This document shows positions 38,565 to 48,899 of a DNA stretch of 64,000 nt, in pieces; the first letter of the stretch is position 1, and every line of letters starts with the position of its first letter. This stretch comes from Candidatus Latescibacterota bacterium (GTDB lineage: Bacteria; Latescibacterota; UBA2968; GCA-2709665): positions 576,001 to 640,000 of the forward strand of contig CBDDDZ010000002.1 of the NCBI GenBank assembly GCA_965226795.1, written 5' to 3'. The notes under the pieces were generated by a model. It ran no database searches, was not told the DNA's origin, and saw only the letters and a list, made by a program, of their open reading frames with translations. The position numbers were made by a program, and so were the translations under genes.

Positions 38565-38694
38565 CCGGCCGCCCAAATACCCACCCGCGGGGAACCCGGC
38601 GGTCTCCGCGGAACGGGTCCCCGCACCTGCGGGCAGGCGCGCCGGACAACAAAGGCTCCGTTCGGCTGAAGGAAGTCCGGATTCGGGTTCTTTC

Positions 38695-38722
38695 TTGACA
38701 AGTTTTGTCTGGCAGATATATT
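38695..38722 (+). promoter_or_regulatory. Putative sigma70 promoter for rpmB
   Basis: TTGACA-16 bp-TATATT. Confidence 0.5.
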
Positions 38723-38857
38723 TATGCTGTAAGGAATCCATGCGTCACCGTGATGTCTCGCGTTTTTTCGGATGACGTACCGGGATGTGAGAGCGGAGCG
38801 GTTTCAACTTCAAGTAGACACGAGCGACTCAATCAAGAGTTCCAGGAGGTCTTGGAA

Positions 38858-39049
38858 ATGGCAGCCAGATGTGAAATTTGCGGGAAAGGGCCGATGGTCG
38901 GCAATCACGTCAGCCACGCCAATAATAGAAAGAAACGGCGATTCAATCCGAATCTGAGGCGGGTGCGCGCGCTGGTGGACGGGACGGCCCGAAGGATGAA
39001 GGTCTGTACCAAGTGCATAAAGCTCGGCCGCGTAAAAAAAGCCGCATAA
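38858..39049 (+). CDS. rpmB: 50S ribosomal protein L28 (zinc-binding form)
   Basis: [10 protein letters not shown]...GNHVSHANN...FNPNL...VCTKC; AGGAGG RBS. Confidence 0.97.
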   Translation: MAARCEICGKGPMVGNHVSHANNRKKRRFNPNLRRVRALVDGTARRMKVCTKCIKLGRVKKAA

Positions 39050-39130
39050 GGATTATCCGGAGTCGTCAGATGTCCGCCGGCGGTTCCCCGGCATGAGTTC
39101 GGAAAATGCCGGCAGAGGAATCCAACCCGG

Positions 39131-39166
39131 AAAAACTCACCTTTTGTTTCAAGGTGGGTTTTTTTA
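39131..39166 (+). terminator. Intrinsic terminator after rpmB
   Basis: AAAAACTCACCTT...AAGGTGGG followed by a T-tract. Confidence 0.75.
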
Positions 39167-39274
39167 TGTTACCGACGTGACAGCCACCCCAGAGGGTGAG
39201 GGCAGCCACGAGGGTTGCACACGCATGGACGAAACGGGTATTGGACCCGACGTTACCGACGGGACGCGCCCTGA

Positions 39275-41407
39275 ATGGACTACTTTCGCGCTAAACGCTA
39301 TCTGAATACCCTTCAGGATTGGGAGAGGGACGGGACGGCGGCGGGTACGCCGGACGACTACCTGCCCCGGATGCGGGCCCTGTTGCGCCGGATGGGAAAT
39401 TCCAAGCAGGAGTATGCCTCCGTCATTGTCGGAGGTACCAATGGAAAGGGGACGGTTGCCAACGTTCTGGCCGCCCTCATCCAGGCTTCGGGCCGACGGG
39501 CCGGTATCTACACGTCGCCCCATCTGCACACCATCCGCGAACGCATCCGGATCGACGGTCGGATTCTGGATAAGGATCTCTGGGCGAAAGGAATCGCCGA
39601 CCTTTACGATCGAACGCGCCGCTTCGAACAGGAGGGGTACGGTTCTTTCACGAGGTTTGAGGCGTTAACAGCGCTGGCGGCGTCCATGTTTGCCCGATCC
39701 GGGGTCGAAATCGGTGTGTTTGAGGTGGGGCTGGGCGGGCGTTACGACGCGACCAATGCCTGGGATTCCGATATGGCCGTCCTGACGTCGGTCGATCTGG
39801 ATCACACCGACGTGCTGGGTGATACCGTGGAGGCGATCGCGTTGGATAAGCTCTATATCGCCCGTTCCGGCAGGCCGCTTTTCACCCCGGGCACACAGAA
39901 ACCCGAGGTGCTCGCGTTGTTGCGGCGCGAGTGTCGTGAACGGGGAGTGGATCTTCGGGTTGTCGGCGGCGAAACGGAGGAGGGATCGCGCGATGAGCAG
40001 CGGGAATTCGGGCATCGGGACCCGACGGATCGGGGGTCCGTGTTCTGGAAAAACGCCCGGTTGGCGGTTGCCGTCGGGCGCTACCTTATGGGGGAGGAGC
40101 TCACACAGGCGCGTATCCTTGAGGCGGTGAACGGGCTCCGGCTGCCGGGCAGGTTCGAGGTGGCGCGCCGGTCGCCCCGGGTCGTGCTGGATGGTGCGCA
40201 CAACCCGGCCGGAGCCGCGGCCCTTGCCGCCGATCTGCGCCGGATTTCGGACCGGTGGACCTTTGTGGTAGGGGTGAACGCGGGGCATAATCCCCGGGGG
40301 ATACTCGGGGCGATCCAGCCGCTGTCGAAGCGGGTGATTCTGACGCGGTCCGACCACCCGAAGGCCCTGCCCGTGAACGTGTTGCGGGAGAGCTTGCCCG
40401 ATGGGCTTGCCGCCCGCTGCGCGACGAACGTTGTAGAAGCGCTGGAGCACGCGGGGTTGCGGGATGAGGATCCCGTCTGTATCATGGGATCGCTGCATCT
40501 GGTGGGCCGGGCGCGGGAAGCGCTGGGGCTGCCCTGTGAACGGGACGGTTTCGGGGAAGATCTTCACCGGGAGAGTCTGGCGTGCCTGGCGCCGGCCTGC
40601 AAGAACCTCGGCCTTCCGTTTGAAGCGGTTTCGGAAGACGGAAATCTGGTGTGCATACGGCCGCCAGGCGGCCGGCCGACCTATTTTCTGCGGAACAAGC
40701 ATCCCTTCAACGACTACGTTGCCGCCCGTCTGGCGGAAGACAAGGCATATCAATACGAGTTGTTTTCGCGTGCCGGGATTCCGGTTCCCGAAACGCTGGT
40801 GGCGTTCAACCCGTTTGCAGACGAACGGTTCGCGCGATATCGGACTCATCCGTCCATCGATGCGATTCTGCAGGAGGCGGAAGACCGGTTCTCCTATCCC
40901 GTGGTTGTTAAGCGCAACCTGGGGTCGCTGGCTCAGGGGGTGTTTCTGGAGCGAGACCGGTGCGCCCTGAAGAATCGCTTGCGGGCATTGTTTGAAAACA
41001 GCGGTTTTCTGGACAATATAGTCCTGGTTCAGGCCCACATTAGCGGGCCCGAGTATCGGATCGTTGCCGCCGGGGATGAATTGTTGCTGGCATACGAGAA
41101 AATAGGCGCATCCCCGGGCGGGGATCTGAATCCGCTGCATGGGGCGACGGGGTTTGCGAAGCGGGTGGATGCACCGGAACTGATCGATGCGCTTTCGCGG
41201 GTGGCGGCGGACGTGGCGGGCGTGGTCGAACTGGGGTTCTACGCCATCGATGCGATTCGGTCGCCGTCGGGATTCCAGGTTATTGAAATCAATCCCAACC
41301 CGATGTGTTATTTTTACAACCTGCACAACGGGCGATCGGATTTCGTCGGCATTTACGAAAAACTGATTCAAAGGCATCTGTCGGGTTCGCGGCCGCCGGA
41401 CGCGTAA
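39275..41407 (+). CDS. folC: Folylpolyglutamate synthase/dihydrofolate synthase fused to a C-terminal ATP-grasp domain
   Basis: 'GTNGKG', 'YTSPHL', 'EVGLGGRYDATN', 'LDGAHNP'; then 'EDKAYQY', 'YPVVVKRNLGSLAQGV', 'AIDAI', 'IEINPNP'. Confidence 0.85.
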   Translation: MDYFRAKRYLNTLQDWERDGTAAGTPDDYLPRMRALLRRMGNSKQEYASVIVGGTNGKGTVANVLAALIQASGRRAGIYTSPHLHTIRERIRIDGRILDKDLWAKGIADLYDRTRRFEQEGYGSFTRFEALTALAASMFARSGVEIGVFEVGLGGRYDATNAWDSDMAVLTSVDLDHTDVLGDTVEAIALDKLYIARSGRPLFTPGTQKPEVLALLRRECRERGVDLRVVGGETEEGSRDEQREFGHRDPTDRGSVFWKNARLAVAVGRYLMGEELTQARILEAVNGLRLPGRFEVARRSPRVVLDGAHNPAGAAALAADLRRISDRWTFVVGVNAGHNPRGILGAIQPLSKRVILTRSDHPKALPVNVLRESLPDGLAARCATNVVEALEHAGLRDEDPVCIMGSLHLVGRAREALGLPCERDGFGEDLHRESLACLAPACKNLGLPFEAVSEDGNLVCIRPPGGRPTYFLRNKHPFNDYVAARLAEDKAYQYELFSRAGIPVPETLVAFNPFADERFARYRTHPSIDAILQEAEDRFSYPVVVKRNLGSLAQGVFLERDRCALKNRLRALFENSGFLDNIVLVQAHISGPEYRIVAAGDELLLAYEKIGASPGGDLNPLHGATGFAKRVDAPELIDALSRVAADVAGVVELGFYAIDAIRSPSGFQVIEINPNPMCYFYNLHNGRSDFVGIYEKLIQRHLSGSRPPDA

Positions 41408-41571
41408 GCACGCGAAACGCCGGACGTGAACAGATCGATGAAGGTGGAGTTCCGGTTTCGCGGCGACTGGCCGGTATACGCGTTCCACGCTCAACTCTGT
41501 CCAACCGGACACAGTTTCGTTGGCAAACTGACATTCAAAACGTTATCCGGATTTTCAGAAAGGAACACGCT

Positions 41572-42309
41572 ATGCCCCTCACCGCCGCCCAACTCAAACG
41601 GTATCGTGCCGACGGCTATGCCGTGGGCGGCCGGATTCTCGACGACAACGCGCTCGTCCGGTTGCGCGCTGAATTGGATTCCATTATCGGGAACCTTGCT
41701 CCGGACCGGCGGCCGGAGAATATGCCCTCGCTTCATTACGACAATCGCTACCTTCGGGATCTGTTCCTGAGCGACAGCCTCATCGACGTGGCGGCGCAGA
41801 TCGTGGGGCCGGATGTCGCGCTTTTCACTTCCTACGTGATCAGCAAACGCCCCGACGACGGTCTGGCCGTCGACTGGCATCAGGATGCCGCGTTTTTTCC
41901 GATCGAGCCGATGGATACGTTCACCCTCTGGCTGGCGGTGGACGACTCGGACGTTGAGAACGGCTGTATGCGGGTGATACCCGGCAGCCACCGGGAGGAG
42001 GCCGTGCTGCTGCACAGCGTGGATCTCGATTCCGGCACCACCCTGCCGATGTCGCTGGAAAATCTCGACCTTTCGGAGGCCACGGACGTGCAACTGCGGG
42101 CGGGTGAGTATTCGGTTCACGATCCCTGGATCCTTCATGGATCCAATCCCAACAGGTCGTCCAGGCGGCGTTGCGGGATAACGCTGAAATACATTTCCAC
42201 CCACGTCGCGATCGACCGCACGTTCCGTTCTCCGTCCGGGTTCGACTGGGACGGGCTCCGCCTCTACCTGGCGCGAGGAAATCCGGGCCTGCACACCTAT
42301 GCGGGATGA
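41572..42309 (+). CDS. Phytanoyl-CoA dioxygenase-family Fe(II)/2OG enzyme
   Basis: 'WHQD', 'ENGCMRVIPGSH', 'HGSNPNRS..RR'. Confidence 0.9.
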   Translation: MPLTAAQLKRYRADGYAVGGRILDDNALVRLRAELDSIIGNLAPDRRPENMPSLHYDNRYLRDLFLSDSLIDVAAQIVGPDVALFTSYVISKRPDDGLAVDWHQDAAFFPIEPMDTFTLWLAVDDSDVENGCMRVIPGSHREEAVLLHSVDLDSGTTLPMSLENLDLSEATDVQLRAGEYSVHDPWILHGSNPNRSSRRRCGITLKYISTHVAIDRTFRSPSGFDWDGLRLYLARGNPGLHTYAG

Positions 42310-42357
42310 CTTTCACGGTCTTTCCGCACAACCCGGCGCGGAAATAGAAGAAATATA

Positions 42358-44031
42358 ATGGAAAGCGCGCATCGCTTTATCCTGCTGGCCGACCTCCACC
42401 TTTCCGACAACCCGGACACGGCAGCCTATCAGGCGCTCCGGTGGGCCGTAGACCGCGTGAATCTGGAGAAACCGGATTTCCTCGCTGTCGCGGGAGATGT
42501 CACGACCTTCTCCACGGCCGCATCCGCCGTCTGTTGCCTGGAGGCGCTGGAGCGGGTCGAGGTCCCGGTCTTGTTCACTCCCGGAAACGCGGATCGGCGG
42601 GGTCCGCACGCGCTGTCTGTGTTGAAAGACCTGGCGGCGCCTGAACGGCGGGTGGCCGTGTTCGACGACCTTTTGGTCCTTCTGCCCGATACGTCTTCCG
42701 GGAAGCTTCCCGATAACGAGCGCTTGTGGCTGAACCGGAGCGTCCGGTCCACATGTGCGGACCGGCGACTGGTCATCACCCACTATCCGCTGGACAGGAT
42801 GGATGCCGAAGACCGGACGTGGCTGACGCGCTGGCTTTCGGAGAACGGTGTCGAACTGCTTGCCGCGGGGCACAGCCACGTTCACAGGACCCGGCACGAG
42901 ACCGGCTTCGTGGAGGCCGTGGTCCGGGGGCTGGATCCGGATAAAGCAATTGGAGACTTGCCGGGGATCAGCCTCTTTGAGAGTTCGCAAAAGGCAGCCT
43001 GGACGGAGATATTCATGCCCTGGTCGCCCGCGATGCGGTTGCTGCCCGCGGACCTCCCGGGCGGAATACTGCCGTTGGGCTGGTCGATACAGGGCGATCC
43101 CGTGGCGGCCGCCGGGGAGACCATGGATTTCGGCCTGGCCTGCCTTGAAATCCGACCTGTCGATCTCGGTTTTTCTCAGCACGCGCTTTCGGTGGCGCTT
43201 GGCGAACTTCGGGATCGGGGCCCTCTTTTTCTGTCCTATCATCTGCCCGACCTGACGTGGAACGCGAGAACCGGACGCGTCGAGCGAGTCGATGCGGTCC
43301 GGGCGCACCTGGATTGCGCGATGGAAGCGGGTGTGGACAGCCTGACCGTCCATGTCCCCAGGGCGAGCGCCCGCGCAATGGAGCGCGTTCAGGTGGGTCG
43401 ACCGGAGCCGACCGGATGTTTCCTGGCTTTCACGGAAACTTTCACGAGCCTCTTTACGGAGGCGGCCAGCGCCGGCGTGGGGATCGCAATTGAGAATATC
43501 CACAATCCCGCCAATACCCCGGTGGATTCACCGGATCGGGAATTCGCCACGCGGATCGACGAATACCTGAGATGGATCGACGCCGTGGCGCACGAGACGG
43601 CGGATGTGCCTGGAGCAAGGGTGGGTGCGTTGTTGGATGTGGGCCACGCGCGGAACAACGGGGGCGATCTGGATAATCTGCAGCCCCTGGGCGACTGGTA
43701 TGCCCACCTGGGGCGGCGTATTCTGGGATATCATATCCACCAGGTGGACACGGATCCGGCGACGGGCAGGCTTTCCAACCATCACGAAATTTCGGATCTG
43801 TTCGGCAGTCGGATCTCCTTCGCCGGCTTTCTCTGGGCGTGGTCCACGCACCAGATCACCCGGGGCCCGCTTTTCGTAGAGGTCCGCGATGCCGAGGGCC
43901 GGCGGAATACGGTCCGACGCTTCAAGCGGCTTTTTGAGAACGCCCATAGAATTCGAGTGGCGGCGGATCTGTCGGACAGGTGGCCGTCATATCAAGACGC
44001 AGGAGGCACGGGAGCAGACGATGATTCCTGA
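42358..44031 (+). CDS. Metallophosphoesterase fused to an AP-endonuclease-2/xylose-isomerase-like TIM barrel
   Basis: 'ADLHL', 'AGD', 'PGNAD', 'GHSH'; then 'IAIENI', 'LDVGHA', 'YHIH', 'VE'. Confidence 0.75.
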   Translation: MESAHRFILLADLHLSDNPDTAAYQALRWAVDRVNLEKPDFLAVAGDVTTFSTAASAVCCLEALERVEVPVLFTPGNADRRGPHALSVLKDLAAPERRVAVFDDLLVLLPDTSSGKLPDNERLWLNRSVRSTCADRRLVITHYPLDRMDAEDRTWLTRWLSENGVELLAAGHSHVHRTRHETGFVEAVVRGLDPDKAIGDLPGISLFESSQKAAWTEIFMPWSPAMRLLPADLPGGILPLGWSIQGDPVAAAGETMDFGLACLEIRPVDLGFSQHALSVALGELRDRGPLFLSYHLPDLTWNARTGRVERVDAVRAHLDCAMEAGVDSLTVHVPRASARAMERVQVGRPEPTGCFLAFTETFTSLFTEAASAGVGIAIENIHNPANTPVDSPDREFATRIDEYLRWIDAVAHETADVPGARVGALLDVGHARNNGGDLDNLQPLGDWYAHLGRRILGYHIHQVDTDPATGRLSNHHEISDLFGSRISFAGFLWAWSTHQITRGPLFVEVRDAEGRRNTVRRFKRLFENAHRIRVAADLSDRWPSYQDAGGTGADDDS

Positions 44032-45094
44032 ACTTGAAGTGAAGGGCGCGCCATTCCAGCGTGGAGAACAGATCGGGTGCCGGTTCAAGACGCAGATAAG
44101 GAGCACGCTTGCCCGATTGTCTGAGAATAGGGAAGTTCGAGACCGCCAGATCACCCTGATGGAAGCGATGCTCGGGCATCTGGAGGCGGAATTTCCGGAG
44201 ATCCTGGAAGAGATCCGCGGCATTGCCCGGGGTGCGGAAATTTCGGATGATGACGCGTTCTTCAAGAATACATACAACGCCGTCGGACCCGCGCTGGCAG
44301 ACGACCTCGCCTGCAGCAGCGTGGCCTTTGTGGCCAGCGACGTGGGACCCATCCTCGGGAAGACCGATGACGGGAGCTTTCGCCCGGGTTCGGATCGCCT
44401 GGGGGGATTGACAATCCTGACGATACGTTCGGAGGAGGGATACGACGTATTGTGCGTGAACCAGATCGGAACCGTGTGGACCGAGTGCGGGGTGAACGAG
44501 AAAGGGCTGTGCATCGGGACGAATTCGGGCCATCCTACGATGAAGGGACAGGACGGGATCGGAGTGCCCCAGCACATCGTACCCCGCCTCCTGTTGCGGC
44601 GGTGCGCCAACGTGAAGGAGGGCATCGACTTCCTCAGGCGGACCACGTTGACGGGCAAGGGCATCAACATCGTGCTGGCCGACGCGGAGGGAAGCGCCGC
44701 CGCCACGGAGAACGCCTGCGCCATGAACGGTGTACGGGAGCCGGAGCATGGCGTTGTATTCTCGACAAACCACTATTTCAGCGAGGAGATGCAGGCCGTG
44801 GCGTGGAGATGGGATCCGGAGTTCATCCGTACGCGGTATTTTCAGAACTCTTTGAACCGGATCGCCCACCTTTACGGGCGATTTGGAGACGGCGGGAAAG
44901 CGCTCAGCCTGCAGGAAATGCGGGAGGTCCTGATGGATGAACACAATCCGGGCGGCCTGTGCCAGCGTCCACAGAATAATGAAAACAAAATGACCACGAA
45001 TTTCGGTGTGATTCTGGTGTGCCGGGATCGCGAAATGTGGCTGAACGAAGGGCCGCCGTCTCTGAACCGGTTCGATCGATACGCGCTGAGTTGA
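44021..45094 (+). CDS. Peptidase C45-family Ntn hydrolase/acyltransferase
   Basis: 'EEIRGIARGA', autocleavage Cys in 'LACSSVA', 'GVNEKGL', 'STNHY'. Confidence 0.85.
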   Translation: MIPELEVKGAPFQRGEQIGCRFKTQIRSTLARLSENREVRDRQITLMEAMLGHLEAEFPEILEEIRGIARGAEISDDDAFFKNTYNAVGPALADDLACSSVAFVASDVGPILGKTDDGSFRPGSDRLGGLTILTIRSEEGYDVLCVNQIGTVWTECGVNEKGLCIGTNSGHPTMKGQDGIGVPQHIVPRLLLRRCANVKEGIDFLRRTTLTGKGINIVLADAEGSAAATENACAMNGVREPEHGVVFSTNHYFSEEMQAVAWRWDPEFIRTRYFQNSLNRIAHLYGRFGDGGKALSLQEMREVLMDEHNPGGLCQRPQNNENKMTTNFGVILVCRDREMWLNEGPPSLNRFDRYALS

Positions 45095-45209
45095 TTGACC
45101 GCCCGGCGGGACAGCCGCATTCGAGGGAACGGAGAGGATCCGGTTAGGCGGGCTCGGCTTCGACCGTCTACAGTCTGCGGCGGAATCACTTTCGAGTGGG
45201 AGAATCGAC

Positions 45210-46172
45210 ATGACCCTGCGTAAACTCTACGAAACGGCCATCCAACTCGGCATGGGTCTCGACTTTCGAGGCGAGGCGGCACTCAATAAGGAACTTGCAA
45301 GCCGCCGGGAGGAATTCGAAGCGCTTCCGGACTGGAGAAAGCCCTACTTCGACCGGGAGCGGCTCAGGAATCCTTATGCGGATTGCCGCATTGTCAACGG
45401 TCCGGACGATGCGGAACTGAATACGGTCCTGTTGGGCATCAATATCCAGATGCCCGAGTTTCTGCTGGCCGGCCACCTGCGCGACAAGGGCACGCGGATC
45501 GATGCGCTGGTGGCGCATCACACAACCGGCACCGGCGTCGGACGTTCGCACGTTTACGACATCATGTCGGCCAATATAGATATCTTCCAACGGGAAGGGG
45601 TCCTCAGGGCCGAGGCGGAGCGGATTTATCGACCGCTCATGGAGCAGGCGTGGCAGGTCTACGATGACATCCCGAACCGCATGGCGCCGGATATGGCGAA
45701 GTTTTTCGATTTTCCGATGATCCAGATCCATGCCCCGACCGACCTGTATCACGGCAAAGCCATCGACGATGTCTTTACCGAGGCCCGTCCGGAGACGCTG
45801 GAAGATGTCCTTTGTGCGCTTATGACGATACCCGAGATGCAGAGCGCAGCACGGATCGGCGCCGAACCCCGGATCGTGGTTGGGGAAGCAGGTCGGCGCG
45901 CGGGCCGCATTCTGCACCAGGAACTGGGCGGGTGGGGGTGGCCTGCCGACGCCTATCCGCTTCTGGCGGAGGCGGGGGTGGACACGGTTCTACTCGTCGG
46001 CCTGGGGCCGGGCGTCCAGGAGGCGATTCGGAAAGCGGGCATGGGCGCCGTACGCATTCCGCACGCCGCGGTGGACAACCTCGGGATCAACCTGTTTCTG
46101 GACGAGGTGGAATGCAGGCTCGGCCCGTTAAACGTCATACCGTGCAATTATTTCGAGCGGATTACAAGATAG
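45210..46172 (+). CDS. NIF3 (DUF34)-like metal-binding protein
   Basis: 'RLRNPYADCRI', 'VAHH', 'IHAPTD', 'HAAVDNLGINLFLD'. Confidence 0.75.
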   Translation: MTLRKLYETAIQLGMGLDFRGEAALNKELASRREEFEALPDWRKPYFDRERLRNPYADCRIVNGPDDAELNTVLLGINIQMPEFLLAGHLRDKGTRIDALVAHHTTGTGVGRSHVYDIMSANIDIFQREGVLRAEAERIYRPLMEQAWQVYDDIPNRMAPDMAKFFDFPMIQIHAPTDLYHGKAIDDVFTEARPETLEDVLCALMTIPEMQSAARIGAEPRIVVGEAGRRAGRILHQELGGWGWPADAYPLLAEAGVDTVLLVGLGPGVQEAIRKAGMGAVRIPHAAVDNLGINLFLDEVECRLGPLNVIPCNYFERITR

Positions 46173-46182
46173 GAAATCCTGC

Positions 46183-46995
46183 ATGTCCGGACGTTCATCC
46201 GCCCCGCTCGCCGTGGTGACGGGCGCCGCCAGCGGCATCGGCAAGGCCACCGTCGAGCGCTTTGTCGACGAGGGGTTCCGCGCGGCGGCACTGGACCGGT
46301 CAATTGAGGGGCTCGACGCGCTTAAGGGTTCGCGGGTCGGCCCGCACGTGCACCCCTTCCGCTGTGATCTCTCTGACGTGGGCACCCTCACCCCGCTCGC
46401 CAGGCGAATCGTTGTGGATCTCGGGCCTCCGCGTGTGCTGGTCAACAGCGCTGGCGTGTGCCTGTACGCGGATATTACGGAGACAACGGATGAGATGTGG
46501 GAAACGTCCCTGAACACGAATCTCGTCGGCGCTTCCGCGTTGATCCGCGGGTTTGTACCTGGGATGCAACGGGTGGAGGGGGCGGCCATCGTCAACGTGG
46601 CTTCGCGCAATGCGTTGTCGAGCAGCCCGCGCGCGGCGACGTATGACGCCGCAAAGGCCGCGCTGGCGGCCCTTACGCGCACGCTGGCGGTGGAACTGGG
46701 CGGGGACGGCATCCGCGTGAACGCGGTGCTGCCGGGGTTTATCGATACGCCGATTCACGGGGACCTGCTTGAGGACCGGGTTTTCGTGCGGAATTACCTA
46801 AAGCTGATACCGCTCAACCGCATCGGAAAACCCGAGGATATTGCCAATATCATCTACTTTCTGGCTTCGGACGGGGCCGCATTTATCACCGGCCAGGGGA
46901 TCGTGGCCGACGGCGGACAGATGTCGGGCCAGAACTACGTCAAAGTGTTCGGGGAACGGGATTCATTCCGGGCCCGACAGGAGACCGACACATAG
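46183..46995 (+). CDS. Short-chain dehydrogenase/reductase
   Basis: TGAASGIG, NSAG, YxxxK ('YDAAK'). Confidence 0.92.
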   Translation: MSGRSSAPLAVVTGAASGIGKATVERFVDEGFRAAALDRSIEGLDALKGSRVGPHVHPFRCDLSDVGTLTPLARRIVVDLGPPRVLVNSAGVCLYADITETTDEMWETSLNTNLVGASALIRGFVPGMQRVEGAAIVNVASRNALSSSPRAATYDAAKAALAALTRTLAVELGGDGIRVNAVLPGFIDTPIHGDLLEDRVFVRNYLKLIPLNRIGKPEDIANIIYFLASDGAAFITGQGIVADGGQMSGQNYVKVFGERDSFRARQETDT

Positions 46996-47009
46996 GAAGG
47001 AAACCGGCC

Positions 47010-48179
47010 GTGGCATCTTCACCGGTCATTGCGCAGGTCAGGGTCTGGGAGGTCACGGTGCCGTTGCTGCAGGAGTGGGCCGCCAGCCCGGTATTTGGCG
47101 GTAACCCGAGCAGTATCGACGACCGGTTCGTGCTATGCATCACAGACTCTGAGGGCGTTGAGGGATGGGGCGAGGCCGTCCGGTCCGGCTTGCGTGAGGC
47201 GAACGAGGAAACGATTTCCGGGCTTGTGGGCAGGCCGGTGTCGGCGTTCAGGCTTTCCTTCCTGGAACTGTGGCCACCGGGCCGGCTATACTGGCAGCGC
47301 CCGCCGCCGCCGTCTCCGTACGCGGCCGATCCGGCCAATTTGCAGCACAGGCTGCGCCACCCGTTGCAGGCTCTTGTCGAGATGGCGCTCGGCGATCTCA
47401 CCGCCGGACGGGCGGGCCTGCCCCTGTGTGCTCTGTGGGGCGGCGCCTGGAGGGACCGCGTATCTGTGGATTACTGGATGCCGCGAACCACGCCCGACCA
47501 CGCCGCGAAATGCGTCGAGCGCGGCATGGCACTGGGCTTCTCGGGCGTCAAACTGAAGACGTCGCTCGAAGACCCCAATGTCGAGCGGCTGGAAGCCATC
47601 CGCCACGCGGCGGCGGACTGGCAGGTTACCGTGGATGCCAACGGGCGGTTCTACCGGCTGGACGACGCGATTTCGGTGCTTCGGGAGATGGACCGCGTGG
47701 GCAACATGGCCATCCTTGAGGATCCGTTTCCCCGCTTTCATCTCGAGGAGTTCGCGGAGTTGCGGCGCCGCGTTCAGGCGCGCCTGGTCGTGCACGTCGA
47801 TCCGCCGGAATCGCTGTGGAACGTGCTGACGTCCGGCGCCGTGGGAGGTCTGAATATCGACAGCGCCTGCGGTCTGTACAACTGGCGCCTGCAGGCGGCC
47901 GCGGCGGCCCAGGCGAACCTGCCGGTCTGGCAGGGCAGCGGGATCGACCTGGGGATCGCCACGGCGGCGCAACTCCACCTTTCGGCCAGCGCGCCGAACT
48001 GCACGCTGCCCGGGGATCAGGCGGGTCCGTGGCTGCGGGAGTCCCACCTGCTGACGCGGGATTTCGAAATCGAGAGCGGCCACGTACTGCTCCCCGATGG
48101 CCCCGGCCTGGGGGTAGAAGTCGACCTTGCTGCGGTGGACAGGTACTGTACACACCACCGGACCTGGCCGGCCGGTTGA
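47010..48179 (+). CDS. Enolase-superfamily enzyme (mandelate racemase/muconate lactonizing subgroup)
   Basis: 'EGWGE', KxK ('KLK'), 'VDAN', 'LEDP', 'PDGPGLGVEVD'. Confidence 0.88.
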   Translation: MASSPVIAQVRVWEVTVPLLQEWAASPVFGGNPSSIDDRFVLCITDSEGVEGWGEAVRSGLREANEETISGLVGRPVSAFRLSFLELWPPGRLYWQRPPPPSPYAADPANLQHRLRHPLQALVEMALGDLTAGRAGLPLCALWGGAWRDRVSVDYWMPRTTPDHAAKCVERGMALGFSGVKLKTSLEDPNVERLEAIRHAAADWQVTVDANGRFYRLDDAISVLREMDRVGNMAILEDPFPRFHLEEFAELRRRVQARLVVHVDPPESLWNVLTSGAVGGLNIDSACGLYNWRLQAAAAAQANLPVWQGSGIDLGIATAAQLHLSASAPNCTLPGDQAGPWLRESHLLTRDFEIESGHVLLPDGPGLGVEVDLAAVDRYCTHHRTWPAG

Positions 48180-48206
48180 ACGGGCGACGGACATCACCCG
48201 GACAAC

Positions 48207-48390
48207 AGCGAGACGTTAGACGCATGAGGTCCGCCCAACACCCCGTCGTTGTTCGCCTTGTCTCACGTCTTGCCTATTCCGGTCTTTCGCGCTTTGCCGT
48301 TTCTGACGTCTTACGTCTCCCGTCTCAGGTTTACCCCTGGGTTGGGTCGGGCGGGGAGTGTTGACCGTTGACAGCTTGTTTTCTGACCAG
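48207..48390 (+). repeat. Dispersed intergenic repeat, copy B
   Basis: AGCGAGACGTTAGACGCATGAGG...GACGTCTTACGTCTC...TGACAGCTTGTTTTCTGACCA. Confidence 0.7.
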
Positions 48391-48401
48391 GAGGTCAGCG
48401 A

Positions 48402-48854
48402 ATGGGGTTTACGAGGGTTCACCACGTCAAGTACACGGTTGGCGACCTGGACAGGTCGCTTGCGTTTTACCGGGATATGCTGGGGTTTGAAGTGACCTAC
48501 GAGGCCGCGCGTGAGGCCCTGCCTTCGTACGATAGAATTATGAAGATGCGGGACGTCAAGTTGCGGGTGGGGATGTTGCTTCACAGGCCCACGGGGTTTG
48601 TCTTGGGCCTGGTTCAGTTTCAGAACCCGCCGCCCGTCGAGCGGGAACTGCGCAACAACTATGTCGGGGCATCCAGCCTGGCGCTTCAGGTGGACGACGC
48701 GGTGTCCGAATACGAACGATTGACTTCGGCGGGGGTGGCGGCAACGAGCCCGCCCACCGAAATCGTCCGCGACGGAAAGGTGGCCGCCGTCGCATTCTAT
48801 GTTCTGGATCCGGATGCCATTCCCATCGAGATCTGGCAGCCGGTCGACGCGTAA
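48402..48854 (+). CDS. VOC/glyoxalase-family protein
   Basis: 'HHVKYTVGDLDRSLAFYRDMLG', 'YVLDPDAIPIE'. Confidence 0.88.
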   Translation: MGFTRVHHVKYTVGDLDRSLAFYRDMLGFEVTYEAAREALPSYDRIMKMRDVKLRVGMLLHRPTGFVLGLVQFQNPPPVERELRNNYVGASSLALQVDDAVSEYERLTSAGVAATSPPTEIVRDGKVAAVAFYVLDPDAIPIEIWQPVDA

Positions 48855-48899
48855 AGAGGCGTGGGGAAAGCTGCCGCTTCCTGTTATTGGAGATTGAAA

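Noticed and set aside
39275..41407. Cyanophycin synthetase call for the Mur-ligase plus ATP-grasp protein
   Set aside because: Domain order is reversed and the N-terminal half has FolC-specific motifs (YTSPHL, GLGGRYDATN).
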